A stretch of DNA of 64,000 nucleotides from NCBI GenBank assembly GCA_964520555.1, contig CAZFNN010000004.1:128134-192133 (forward strand), in the 5' to 3' direction. Positions 1 through 9,057 of the stretch are shown here, in pieces. The notes beneath the pieces were generated by a model. It saw only the letters and a program-made list of their open reading frames with translations, made no database searches and was not told where the DNA came from. A program made the translations under genes and the position numbers. This DNA comes from an uncultured Ignavibacteria bacterium. Lineage in GTDB: Bacteria; Zixibacteria; MSB-5A5; CAIYYT01. Within the stretch, counting starts at the first letter, position 1. Each line of letters begins with the position of its first letter.

Positions 1-30
1 CAACCCTCTGCGTACTAATGTGAACATGAA

Positions 31-990
31 TTATCTCTGGCGATTCTCGTAGCGGTCAAACGCGCGGATGATCTGCTTCACCAGGCGGTGCCGCACGACG
101 TCCTTGTCCGAGAGATAGATGAACTTGATCTCGGGAATGTCCTTGAGAATCTTCTGAATGGCAATCAGTCCTGATATCCGCTTCCTGTCGAGATCGATCT
201 GCGTCACATCCCCCGTGACAACCGCTTTCGAGCCCTCACCAATACGCGTCAAGAACATTTTCATTTGTGCGACCGTCGTGTTCTGCGCTTCATCCAAAAT
301 CACAAAAGCGCTGTTGAGCGTGCGACCGCGCATGAAGGCCAATGGAACGATCTCGATCACGCCTAATTCCATCAGCTTCTTTATTTTATCGGCAGGAAGC
401 ATGTCGTGTAGAGCGTCATAAACCGGACGAAGATAGGGGTCGACCTTGGCGCGAATGTCCCCCGGCAAGAATCCCAGCGATTCACCGGCTTCGACGGCCG
501 GGCGAACCAGGATAATGCGACCAAAAGCTTTATTGCGCAAACCGGCAACCGCTTCAGCCACAGCAAGATAGGTCTTGCCAGTACCCGCCGGGCCGATGCC
601 GAACACGATATCGTGCTTCTCGATCGCTTCGAGGTACTCTTTTTGACCGATCGTCTTGGGCTTGATGTCAGCTTTGTAGATGCTCGTCAGCGCGGTGGCA
701 ATATCCAGTTCAGCGGCCGGTCCCTGCCCTGATTCCTTGATGAAGGTAATCGCGTAATTGAGATACTGCTCCGATATTTCCCCCTTACGCTGCAGGCGTT
801 CGAACAGATCGTAGAAGAGAATCTCGGCCAGATGAGCATCCGGCCCCATGATCGTGACTGTCTCGCCCCGAGCCACGATTTGCACATCAAATCCGGCCTC
901 GATCGTCTTGATCAGGTTGTTATTGCTCGCGAATAAGATTCGCGGATCGACGTTCTTAACCTCGATCTTTTTTCCGTTCGGGTCACTCAA
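31..990 (-). CDS. phoH: PhoH-like ATPase (phosphate starvation-inducible PhoH family)
   Basis: 319 aa. Walker A GPAGTGKT and a PhoH C-terminal ATPase domain run the whole length. Same strand, directly downstream of aspS. Confidence 0.85.
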   Translation of the reverse strand: MSDPNGKKIEVKNVDPRILFASNNNLIKTIEAGFDVQIVARGETVTIMGPDAHLAEILFYDLFERLQRKGEISEQYLNYAITFIKESGQGPAAELDIATALTSIYKADIKPKTIGQKEYLEAIEKHDIVFGIGPAGTGKTYLAVAEAVAGLRNKAFGRIILVRPAVEAGESLGFLPGDIRAKVDPYLRPVYDALHDMLPADKIKKLMELGVIEIVPLAFMRGRTLNSAFVILDEAQNTTVAQMKMFLTRIGEGSKAVVTGDVTQIDLDRKRISGLIAIQKILKDIPEIKFIYLSDKDVVRHRLVKQIIRAFDRYENRQR

Positions 991-1055
991 ACAGGTTTTC
1001 TTTACACCTCATTGTTCATCGTTGACTGTCTGAAGGAATTCTCCTTCCACGCACA

Positions 1056-1093
1056 GCACAACACAAAAAGAATTCCCCACCCGGGGGGTGGGG
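1056..1093 (-). terminator. Hairpin plus U-tract downstream of aspS
   Basis: Plus-strand 1075-1093 ccccaccc-ggg-gggtgggg forms an 8-bp GC stem. On the minus strand it is followed by GGAATTCTTTTTGT. It lies between the aspS stop and the phoH start. Confidence 0.45.
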
Positions 1094-1122
1094 TCCATTC
1101 CTTCCCCGACAAATGTACGGGA

Positions 1123-2949
1123 TTACTTCTTCTTGTCAATAGCTATCGACAGATGCAATTCAGCCAGCTGCTCCGGCTCAATTTCAGTTGGGGCACCGTC
1201 CATAAGTGATTGTGCCGCAGTGGTTTTCGGAAACGCAATTACGTCGCGGAGCGAGTCCGAGTCGGTCATGATCGCCGTCACGCGATCGAGTCCCAAGGCA
1301 ATCCCCCCGTGCGGCGGCGCGCCGTATTTCAACGCATTCAGCAGGAATCCAAACATCCGCTCTGCGCGGGCATCGTCCATCCCGAGAATGTTCAGCACCT
1401 TTTTCTGCATGTCGGAGCGATAATTGCGGATCCCCCCTGAAGCCAGCTCAAATCCGTTGCAGACCAGATCATACTGATTTGCCCGAATTCGCGCCCACGG
1501 GTGATTCGGATCGGCGAGCGCCAGCGAACTGGTGAAGCCCTCATCGAGTAGCGGAATATCCGGCTCCTTCGGCGACGTCACGATGTTGTGCATCGCGTCA
1601 AAGCGGCCGATCTCCTTGTTGTACTCGAACAGCGGAAAATCAGTCACCCACAGAAACACGTACTTCGACTTATCGATCAGCCCGAATTTCTTGCCGCAGT
1701 AGCTGCGCACGCGGCCAAGAATCATCTCGGTCGGCAGTTTGACACCGGCGGCGAGCAGGATCAAATCACCATCCTGCGCCTGCCCCAATTCTTTCAACTT
1801 CGCGACTGTCTGATCCGTGAGGAACTTCTTGATCGGCGATTTCACTCCCTCAGCCAGCGCGATCCACGCCAGCCCCTTCGCTCCGGCAAGCTTGGCTTCG
1901 GCCTCGATCTCCTCAAGCTGCTTACGCGAAAGACCGGCTTGCCCGTTGACAACCATCCCTTTGACCACACCGCCCGTAGCGAGGGCATCGGCGAACACTT
2001 TGAATTCGGTCCCGCCAAATGCCGGCCCGAAATCCACCAGCTTCATCTCATAGCGACAGTCCGGCTTGTCGGAGCCGTACTCGCTCATGATCTGGTCGTA
2101 CGGGAAGCGCGGGAAAGGCGCCGCGATGTCGACATTCATTACTTCCCGGAACGCATGCTTCATCATCCCTTCGACGACAGTGAAAATGTCGTCCTGCGTG
2201 ACAAAGGACATCTCAATGTCAATCTGAGTGTGTTCCGGCTGGCGGTCGGCGCGCAGGTCTTCGTCGCGCAGACAGCGCGCGAGCTGGAAATACCGGTCAA
2301 AGCCGGCAATCATCAGGATTTGCTTGAACAACTGCGGCGATTGCGGCAGCGCGTAGAACTTGCCCGGATGCACTCGCGACGGCACCACGTAGTCGCGCGC
2401 GCCCTCCGGCGTCGAGCGCATCATCAGCGGCGTCTCGATTTCGAGGAACTTTTGCTCGTGCATGTACTGCCGCACCGCAAACGCCAGCCGATGGCGCAAC
2501 TCGATCTTGTCCGCCAGAAAACGGCGGCGCAGATCGAGATAGCGGTAGGTCAGCCGCAAGTCTTCATTGGCCGTAGTCTCTTCCTCAATTTCAAACGGCG
2601 GCGTCTCGGACTCGGCCAGCACTTCGAAATCGCGCACGTCCACCTCGATTGCACCGGTCGCGAGGTTCGGATTGATCATCCCCTCCGGACGCAGCATCAC
2701 CGTGCCGACGACGGCAATGACGAATTCGCCGCGGAAATGCCCCGCCTCGTTCATCTGTTCCTCGGTGAAATTCTGCGGATGGAAAACCACCTGCGTGATG
2801 CCAAACCGGTCGCGCAGATCGATAAACAGGATTCCGCCGTGATTGCGATATTTCTTGACCCAGCCGTTGAGCCGGACCGTTTGCCCCGCGTGCGCTTTGG
2901 TCAGTTCGCCGCAGGTGTGCGTGCGTTGAAATTGCGAAAAAGGTCTCAT
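1123..2949 (-). CDS. aspS: Aspartyl-tRNA synthetase
   Basis: Class II aaRS motifs FRGEF and GAPPHGGIALGLDR, plus an anticodon-binding OB fold at the N-terminus. The true start is probably the internal ATG at 2949 (MRPFSQFQRT...), not the track start at 3066. Confidence 0.9.
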   Translation of the reverse strand: MRPFSQFQRTHTCGELTKAHAGQTVRLNGWVKKYRNHGGILFIDLRDRFGITQVVFHPQNFTEEQMNEAGHFRGEFVIAVVGTVMLRPEGMINPNLATGAIEVDVRDFEVLAESETPPFEIEEETTANEDLRLTYRYLDLRRRFLADKIELRHRLAFAVRQYMHEQKFLEIETPLMMRSTPEGARDYVVPSRVHPGKFYALPQSPQLFKQILMIAGFDRYFQLARCLRDEDLRADRQPEHTQIDIEMSFVTQDDIFTVVEGMMKHAFREVMNVDIAAPFPRFPYDQIMSEYGSDKPDCRYEMKLVDFGPAFGGTEFKVFADALATGGVVKGMVVNGQAGLSRKQLEEIEAEAKLAGAKGLAWIALAEGVKSPIKKFLTDQTVAKLKELGQAQDGDLILLAAGVKLPTEMILGRVRSYCGKKFGLIDKSKYVFLWVTDFPLFEYNKEIGRFDAMHNIVTSPKEPDIPLLDEGFTSSLALADPNHPWARIRANQYDLVCNGFELASGGIRNYRSDMQKKVLNILGMDDARAERMFGFLLNALKYGAPPHGGIALGLDRVTAIMTDSDSLRDVIAFPKTTAAQSLMDGAPTEIEPEQLAELHLSIAIDKKK

Positions 2950-3250
2950 TCTGCTTCCGTGATCATAGTTTCCCCACCCTTCGCTTCGCACGGGTGGGCG
3001 ACAGTTGGCACGAGATTGTGCGATTGGCCGCGAATTTAGCGGCGGATTAGCCGCGAAGATAATCAAATACAGCGATTTTCAAAGCGGAATGTTGGACACC
3101 AGAGAGTCTGGTAGAGTTCAACTTCGGGCCTGGAGCCGACTCGAACGTAGGGGACGTGAATGCAATCGAGCGTATTTTAGTGACCCATCACGATTTGTTG
3201 CCTGAAGGCGGGGCGTCAGAGTGGCTGCTGACCTTGATATTAATCGCATG

Positions 3251-3274
3251 AGGGCGGGGAAAACTCCCCGCCCT
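3251..3274. terminator. GC-rich hairpin downstream of the amidase gene (terminator candidate, no clear U-tract)
   Basis: agggcgggga-aaac-tccccgccct is a perfect 10-bp stem with a 4-nt loop. It sits in the gap between the amidase stop (3307) and the aspS upstream region. Confidence 0.35.
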
Positions 3275-3306
3275 TTGAACTTGCCCTCTTGGTCCCTTCG
3301 GAAATC

Positions 3307-4851
3307 CTAGCTGTAATCAGCGCAGTTGCACTCTTGCCCCGGCGGTGGTCCGCCGGCGAAAAAGTAATTGATCAGATAGACGGCGTCGGAAATCGAAAGA
3401 GAACCACTGCAATCAGCATCACCGGAACCAGGGTTGTGCGGAGTCGGTGGAGGACCGTTGGGACATCCTTCGCAGGGACCGAATATGTGGTCGATCAAAT
3501 AGACTGCATCGCTAATGTTGATTGCACCGCTACCGTCGGCATCGCCGACCTTCCAGGTGCAGATCGCGAACGTCTCCATATCCTGCGTGTATCCGGTGGC
3601 CTGATTGTCGGCGATGTCGTGCGCAACCACCTTGAGAATGCAGCTATCACAGGCCGGGCCGGTCACGACCCAGTCGAGGCAGTTCGTCATCTTCCTGGGA
3701 ACATTTTCAACAAGTGCTTCCGGGTACCCATCGCGACCATTGTGACGATCCAGATAGAGACTGACCATGGTGCTGGAATCGGCGCCCCAATCTCCGAGCC
3801 ACATGAATTGGACTGTGTCGCCACTGGAGTATCGCAGCGGCCACGGCAGATACCAGACGTCTGCCCAATACGGGCCTCCAGTAAAATACGCTCTGTAGAT
3901 ATGAGAGTCATTCTCGGGTGGCACTGTAATTGGCCAGGCATTCTCGAAATAATCAGGTCCCAAATACGTTCCGTCTGATCGAAGATGTGACCAATGATGA
4001 AAGTAGTACCAGTATCCGTTCAGGTAGAAACTATCATGAGCATACAAATCGTGCTGTTCGAAGATTGCCCATGTCCTGTATACTGGCGAGGGTAGCTCCA
4101 AGTCATCAACTTCGATTGTCCCGCCCTTTCCCTGAACATACTGGTTGCTGATTTCTGCAATACCCGCACCATCGCAATAACTTTTGAAGCCTCGATAAAT
4201 GGCTCCGGCTTCACTTCGCGCGTGAGTGTTGGCAGGATCCGCGAACAAATTCTCTTCGAGCGAGTCACTAAGAAACGATGCTTCAGTCAAGACGGCTATA
4301 CGCCTGTTACGAATGAGCACTGTCAGCCCACAGCTTTTTTTCAGCCCGCGTGCAATGTATGGATCGTCCGGCGCATCCCAATTCTCAAGAAGCCGCAGAT
4401 ATATTTTCTGCGCCATCAGTGAATCGACGTCACGCCATGAGCCGCCCAAGATTGTATCAGACATGCAATGCCATGCTTCTGTGCCCTGAGTGCTGTTGTG
4501 TGCGGTGTCGATGGAGTTGTGATGGGTTGAGATGAAGTACGCGTAGCCTTGCCCGTTGTTTCCCACGTTTGCCGAATCGGCTCTGTCGATGTTCTCAACA
4601 TATACGTCAGTAGACCGTGTCATGCCGACTTGAAACCACCCGCCATAGTCGAAATTAATCGTATCCTTGGCGGCAAGGGCGACCGTTAAGTTCACAGCCT
4701 TCTCATACAGCTTCCCATTAGCTCCCTTACAGCCTAAGGCACTGCCACCATGACCGGGATCTAATAGAATCGTGTTGTCTGCGAAAATTGAATTGGACAA
4801 TAGTAGGAGGATCAGTACAGACGCAATTATCAGTTCTGTTCGAGTTGACAT
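3307..4851 (-). CDS. Secreted N-acetylmuramoyl-L-alanine amidase (Amidase_3) with two C-terminal dockerin-type repeats
   Basis: Signal peptide, then the LLDPGHGG Amidase_3 zinc motif. The C-terminus has DADGSGAINISDAVYLIDHIF and DADCSGSLSISDAVYLINYFFAGG dockerin-I-like Ca-binding repeats. Confidence 0.75.
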   Translation of the reverse strand: MSTRTELIIASVLILLLLSNSIFADNTILLDPGHGGSALGCKGANGKLYEKAVNLTVALAAKDTINFDYGGWFQVGMTRSTDVYVENIDRADSANVGNNGQGYAYFISTHHNSIDTAHNSTQGTEAWHCMSDTILGGSWRDVDSLMAQKIYLRLLENWDAPDDPYIARGLKKSCGLTVLIRNRRIAVLTEASFLSDSLEENLFADPANTHARSEAGAIYRGFKSYCDGAGIAEISNQYVQGKGGTIEVDDLELPSPVYRTWAIFEQHDLYAHDSFYLNGYWYYFHHWSHLRSDGTYLGPDYFENAWPITVPPENDSHIYRAYFTGGPYWADVWYLPWPLRYSSGDTVQFMWLGDWGADSSTMVSLYLDRHNGRDGYPEALVENVPRKMTNCLDWVVTGPACDSCILKVVAHDIADNQATGYTQDMETFAICTWKVGDADGSGAINISDAVYLIDHIFGPCEGCPNGPPPTPHNPGSGDADCSGSLSISDAVYLINYFFAGGPPPGQECNCADYS

Positions 4852-5792
4852 AATACTAGCCTCCCGTCAGAACGATTTGAGTGGATCAGTCGATCCGCCG
4901 TCGGAGACCACTCCGATTCAATAGTTTCATTTCCGTCAACTTCAGCGAGTTCCTCTATGTCGCCTGTGGCCACATCAAAGACAAGAAGTGTAAACTTATA
5001 CTGGTAGTGACCGTCCTCGATGACTTGACGGAAGCTGACGTAGCGCCCTGACTGAGACCACGCAGGCTTGCCGGTAACTAAGTACTTGCCATCGGGAAGT
5101 ACCTGTGCTCGCGGCGCTACGCGAAACGTTCTCGCCCCGTCAGCATTCAGAACATCTACGAATTCATCTGAGGTGAACACTACTGCCAACGCGCAATTGT
5201 GTGCCGGATAATACGCGGTTACGCCAAAGGGGGCCTTGGCCCAACATTTCGCTTGCTCCGTGGTATCGGGCGCATGTTCAGTCAGCGAGCCTGCAAGGAG
5301 TGTGTAGAACTTCGTCCGTGTGCCGTTTTCTACGCGGAACACACCGACTTGACCATTAGGCAGCTTGCGCCAATGCGTCAAGCAGTTACGTGAATCAAGA
5401 ATTGTGTCACCTAATACCTGTTGATATTGACCACGCAGCGTCAAGATGGCTCTGGTGATTGTGGCGTATCTGTCTGTTGGCTTGACTCCCACAGTCTGCC
5501 CTTGATATGACAGCGCAATGGTATCTTCACTAATCCAGTAAAAGAACTTTGGTTGCGGCACCGCCAGCGTTTTGATCTCCTTCATAGCTGCAACATCGAA
5601 TATCGCAAGCGTGTCGTGCCGCCAAGCGCCGATCAGGCGTCCCGACGGCGACCATTGTGGATCAGTGCCATACCCCAAGAACGTGGGCTCAGCACTTACG
5701 GCAGAGTTTGTCAGAAGAGTCAGTGATGCTACAATGGCAAGAAACGTACGAACAACTACAGCAAGCATAAGTGCCTCCTTTCGCTTGCACAC
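4830..5792 (-). CDS. Secreted beta-propeller (TolB/WD40-like) hypothetical protein
   Basis: Signal peptide; repeated WSPSGR / WSPTADR motifs typical of TolB-like propeller blades. It overlaps the amidase start by 22 nt. An alternative start is the ATG at 5768. Confidence 0.55.
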   Translation of the reverse strand: MCKRKEALMLAVVVRTFLAIVASLTLLTNSAVSAEPTFLGYGTDPQWSPSGRLIGAWRHDTLAIFDVAAMKEIKTLAVPQPKFFYWISEDTIALSYQGQTVGVKPTDRYATITRAILTLRGQYQQVLGDTILDSRNCLTHWRKLPNGQVGVFRVENGTRTKFYTLLAGSLTEHAPDTTEQAKCWAKAPFGVTAYYPAHNCALAVVFTSDEFVDVLNADGARTFRVAPRAQVLPDGKYLVTGKPAWSQSGRYVSFRQVIEDGHYQYKFTLLVFDVATGDIEELAEVDGNETIESEWSPTADRLIHSNRSDGRLVLCQLEQN

Positions 5793-6019
5793 CCTTCCAT
5801 TGGCTCCTACGCCAGATTACAGATGTTATACAACTGAATATGGATTTCAGTGTCAATAGTATTTTGTGTTCTGGCGAACGGTAGTTGTAAAGTAGTACTT
5901 CTTGACCGATTGTTCCTGCGCGCCAAGGACAGTTTCTTCATTGATTTCCGCGACTCGATCGCTTCAATTAGCGGGATGTCGTTTCAGCTCTTCGGCCTTT
6001 TGGCTGTGGCAGGCCCAGC

Positions 6020-6583
6020 TTGAGTCTTCTGACCGTTCTCGCCATCGCTGTCGGTCTGGCGATGGATGCTTTCGCCGTCGCCGTCGCGGTCGGCACGCGC
6101 CTGCGCCCGCTTACCTTTCGCCACTACTTCCGCCTCTCGTTTCATTTCGGTCTCTTCCAAGCTTTGATGCCGGTCATCGGATGGTACCTCGGCACCAAGG
6201 TCGAACATCTGATCGGTTCCCTCGACCACTGGATCGCTTTTGCCTTGCTGGTTTGGATCGGCGGCAAGATGCTGTTTGATGCCTACCGCCACAAGGAGCA
6301 CATCGATGTCGCTCTCGCCGACCCGACGCGCAAATGGTCGCTGGTGCTGCTGTCGATCGCGACCAGCATCGATGCGCTGGCCGTCGGTCTCTCGGTGGCG
6401 CTGCTGCAGGTCAGCATCCTGATGCCGAGCGTCGTGATCGGCATCGTCGCGCTGACCTTCACCGCGATCGGCTTGCTCTGCGGTCACTGTCTCGGCGAGC
6501 GTATCGGCTGCCGCGCGGAGTTCGTCGGCGGCATCATCCTGATCGCGATCGGCGCGCGCATTCTGTTTACGCATTTGATCTGA
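6020..6583 (+). CDS. mntP: Manganese efflux pump MntP
   Basis: 187 aa, 6 TM helices, duplicated LAMDAFAVA...G / IDALAVG motifs of the MntP/DUF204 family. Confidence 0.8.
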   Translation: MSLLTVLAIAVGLAMDAFAVAVAVGTRLRPLTFRHYFRLSFHFGLFQALMPVIGWYLGTKVEHLIGSLDHWIAFALLVWIGGKMLFDAYRHKEHIDVALADPTRKWSLVLLSIATSIDALAVGLSVALLQVSILMPSVVIGIVALTFTAIGLLCGHCLGERIGCRAEFVGGIILIAIGARILFTHLI

Positions 6584-6701
6584 TCGCACCGCAACGCGCC
6601 GGTCCATATTTCGATTGCATTCTTTGCGCGGAACTCGTATACAAGCTTCTACGTAAACTGCAACTATCGAAACGAGTTGCAGCTGCCCTGAAGGAGAATT
6701 C

Positions 6702-8696
6702 ATGAAGAAGCGCAAAATCACCAAGGATGACTTGCTGAAAATGAAGTTCGTCGACGGCGTCGCACTGTCGCCCGACGAATCCGAAATCGCAATCAACGTC
6801 CGCACGATGGCGGCGGACAAAAAGAAATATCATTCGCATTTGTACATGATCAACGTCGACGGCTCCGACCTGCGCCAGTACACGCACGGCGAGGTCTCCG
6901 ATTCGGTGCCGGTGTTTTCACGCGACGGCAAGTGGCTGGCGTTTGTCTCGAAGCGCAACGACAAGAAGGGCATCTACGTCATGCCGCGCCACGGCGGTGA
7001 ACCGCGGCTGCTCAACGATATGGAAGGCGATTTCGGCGACCTGCAGTTTACGCCCGATTCGAAAAAGTTACTGTGCACCTTCCGCAAGCACGACGACGTG
7101 CCCAAGACCAAGGACGGCAAACGCGAAACGCCGGTCTTTCGCCACATCACCCGGTTGTTCCACAAGCTCGACAACTACGGCTTCATGCCGAAAGAAGAAG
7201 CGCAGATCTGGACGATCGACCTAGCGACGGGTAAAGGCACCCAGCTCACCAAGGGCGGCGTCGAGAAGTCCTCGGTGACCTGCTCGCCGGACGGCCGCTG
7301 GATTGCCTATGTCACCAACATCCAACGCAATTTCGATCTCTATCCCGACCTGCAGGATATCTTCGTCATGCCGGCCCACGGCGGCAAGGCACGACTGATC
7401 GCTACGCCCAAAGGTCCGCTCGGATTCGTCAAGTTCTCGCCCGACGGCAAATTCCTCGCCTATCTCGGCCACGACAACCCCGACGACTCCTGGGGCGTGA
7501 CCAACTGGAATGTCTGGAAAGTCCCGGTGCGCGGCGGCAAAGCGGTCAATCTCACCAAACGGCTCGATCGCTACTGCATGGACGAGACGATTTCCGATAC
7601 CGTCGAAGCCCACTCCGGCGGCCTGGTGCACTGGTCACCCGACGGCCGCTGGATCTATTTCGTCCTCAGTGATTCCGGCAGCACCAATCTTTATCGCGTC
7701 TCCGCCAGCGGCCGCGTTATCGAGCCGGTCGTGCGCGGCAAGCAGCATGTGATGGGCGCCTCGCTCAACGGCAAAACGACCAAAGTCGCGCTCGTGATTT
7801 CCAATCACACTATGCCGGCGGAAGTCCATGCGTTCGACCTCGTCAAGCGCAATGCCCGGGTCGAGAAATTGACCGCCTTCAACAAAGCGCTCATGGACGA
7901 AATCATGCTGGCCAAACCGGAGGAGATCATCTTCCGCGGCAAGGGTAACTATCCGGTCCACGGCTGGATCATGAAACCGCCCGACTTCTCGCCGCGCCGC
8001 AAGTATCCCTCGGTGCTGGAGATTCACGGCGGCCCGCGCGTGCAGTACGGCAACAGCTTCTTCCATGAATTCCAGGTGCTCGCCGCTGCCGGCTATGTCG
8101 TGTATTTCAGCAACATCCGCGGCGGTCAGGGTTATGGCGAGAAGCACGCTGACACCATTACCAACGCCTGGGGCACGGTCGATTTCGACGATTGTATGGC
8201 GTTCGCCGACTACATGGAAGCCAAGCCCTACATCAACAAGAAGCGCATGGGCGTGACCGGCGGCAGCTATGGCGGGTACATGACCAACTGGATTGTCGGC
8301 CACACCAACCGTTTTGCCGCAGCAATCACCCAGCGCTCGGTGGTCAACCTCGAGTCGATGTTCGGTTCTTCCGACATCGGCTACTTGATGACGAAAGAAA
8401 TCTTCGGCACACCCTACAACAATCTAGATAACTGGCGCAAGATGTCGCCGCTGACCTACGTCAAGAAGATCCGCACGCCGCTTCTGATTTCGCATTCGGA
8501 GCAGGACTTGCGCTGCCCGATCGAGCAGGGCGAGCAACTGTTCATTTCACTCAAGATGCTCGGCCGGACGGTCGAGATGATCCGTTTCCCGGAAGAACCG
8601 CACGGGCTGTCGCGCTGCGGCCGACCTGATCGGCGGCTGGTGCGGCTCGAGTGGTTCGTCAAGTGGTTTGACCGCTATCTGAAAGGCAAGAAATAG
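6702..8696 (+). CDS. S9-family serine peptidase (acylaminoacyl-peptidase / dipeptidyl-peptidase-like; N-terminal beta-propeller plus alpha/beta hydrolase)
   Basis: GGSYGGYM nucleophile elbow and C-terminal SHSEQDLRCP / EEPHG Asp/His motifs. The RBS AAGGAGAA lies 6 nt upstream of the ATG. Confidence 0.85.
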   Translation: MKKRKITKDDLLKMKFVDGVALSPDESEIAINVRTMAADKKKYHSHLYMINVDGSDLRQYTHGEVSDSVPVFSRDGKWLAFVSKRNDKKGIYVMPRHGGEPRLLNDMEGDFGDLQFTPDSKKLLCTFRKHDDVPKTKDGKRETPVFRHITRLFHKLDNYGFMPKEEAQIWTIDLATGKGTQLTKGGVEKSSVTCSPDGRWIAYVTNIQRNFDLYPDLQDIFVMPAHGGKARLIATPKGPLGFVKFSPDGKFLAYLGHDNPDDSWGVTNWNVWKVPVRGGKAVNLTKRLDRYCMDETISDTVEAHSGGLVHWSPDGRWIYFVLSDSGSTNLYRVSASGRVIEPVVRGKQHVMGASLNGKTTKVALVISNHTMPAEVHAFDLVKRNARVEKLTAFNKALMDEIMLAKPEEIIFRGKGNYPVHGWIMKPPDFSPRRKYPSVLEIHGGPRVQYGNSFFHEFQVLAAAGYVVYFSNIRGGQGYGEKHADTITNAWGTVDFDDCMAFADYMEAKPYINKKRMGVTGGSYGGYMTNWIVGHTNRFAAAITQRSVVNLESMFGSSDIGYLMTKEIFGTPYNNLDNWRKMSPLTYVKKIRTPLLISHSEQDLRCPIEQGEQLFISLKMLGRTVEMIRFPEEPHGLSRCGRPDRRLVRLEWFVKWFDRYLKGKK

Positions 8697-8794
8697 TGGC
8701 CGCAGGAGCTGCTGCCGGAAGCGGCGCCGCCGCGGCCGCCGCCAAAGCCGCGCGCGATCAATTTGAACTCAGGCTCAAATGGGAGATTGTGACG

Positions 8795-8998
8795 ATGTTC
8801 GAACCGATTGCCTGCCCTTCATGCGGTCGCGGCAAACTTCTGCCGCTGCTCATGACTAACGCCACCAACTGGGTGTGCAGCGAGCCTACCTGCACCTACA
8901 TCATCCATCAGCACGGCTCGGACAACACCAAGGTCTGGAAAGGGCTGGCGCACAAACCGAACCAGCAGCCCTCTGACGGCTGGCTCGAAACGCCGTAG
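8795..8998 (+). CDS. Small zinc-ribbon protein (two CxxC pairs), hypothetical
   Basis: 67 aa: MFEPIACPSCGRGK...WVCSEPTCTY. A GGGAG RBS lies 9 nt upstream of the ATG at 8795. The Ala-rich N-terminal extension in the track (from 8696) is probably not translated. Confidence 0.5.
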   Translation: MFEPIACPSCGRGKLLPLLMTNATNWVCSEPTCTYIIHQHGSDNTKVWKGLAHKPNQQPSDGWLETP

Positions 8999-9007
8999 CT
9001 TCAACGA

Positions 9008-9040
9008 GCAGAGAGGTTCGCCTGCGGCGCGCCTCTCTGC
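9008..9040. terminator. Bidirectional hairpin between convergent genes
   Basis: gcagagagg-N15-cctctctgc is a 9-bp stem between the zinc-ribbon gene (+) and the ompA-like gene (-). Confidence 0.35.
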
Positions 9041-9057
9041 CCGCTCGCGTATTCAAT

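Noticed and set aside
1588-3039. 483-aa + strand ORF antisense to aspS, and many similar long antisense ORFs (e.g. 5984-6820, 7635-8303, 15574-16539, 16573-17736, 23125-24648, 24710-25651, 27805-28758, 43203-44093, 47512-48432, 48550-49434, 49761-50642, 52235-53017, 54791-55807, 60061-61947, 62862-63953)
   Set aside because: The translations are Arg/Ala/Gly-rich low-complexity sequences with no motifs. Each lies opposite a well-supported gene. These are typical stop-codon-poor antisense frames of high-GC DNA.
2950-3250. T-box leader upstream of aspS (the AGGGTGG core is present)
   Set aside because: The motif lies on the 3' arm of the hairpin, the rest of the T-box (UACCGCG) is absent, and there is no specifier-loop / AG-bulge stem I or U-tract. 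Recorded only as a palindrome.
5793-6019. yybP-ykoY Mn riboswitch expected in front of mntP
   Set aside because: No GGGGAGUA L1 motif or matching four-way junction was found in the 230-nt AT-rich divergent region. It is probably an ordinary promoter region.
8696-8794. Ala-rich N-terminal extension (MAAGAAAGSGAAAAAAKAA…) of the small zinc-ribbon ORF
   Set aside because: It is a GC-rich repeat translation with no RBS. A GGGAG RBS precedes the internal ATG at 8795, which is the more plausible start.
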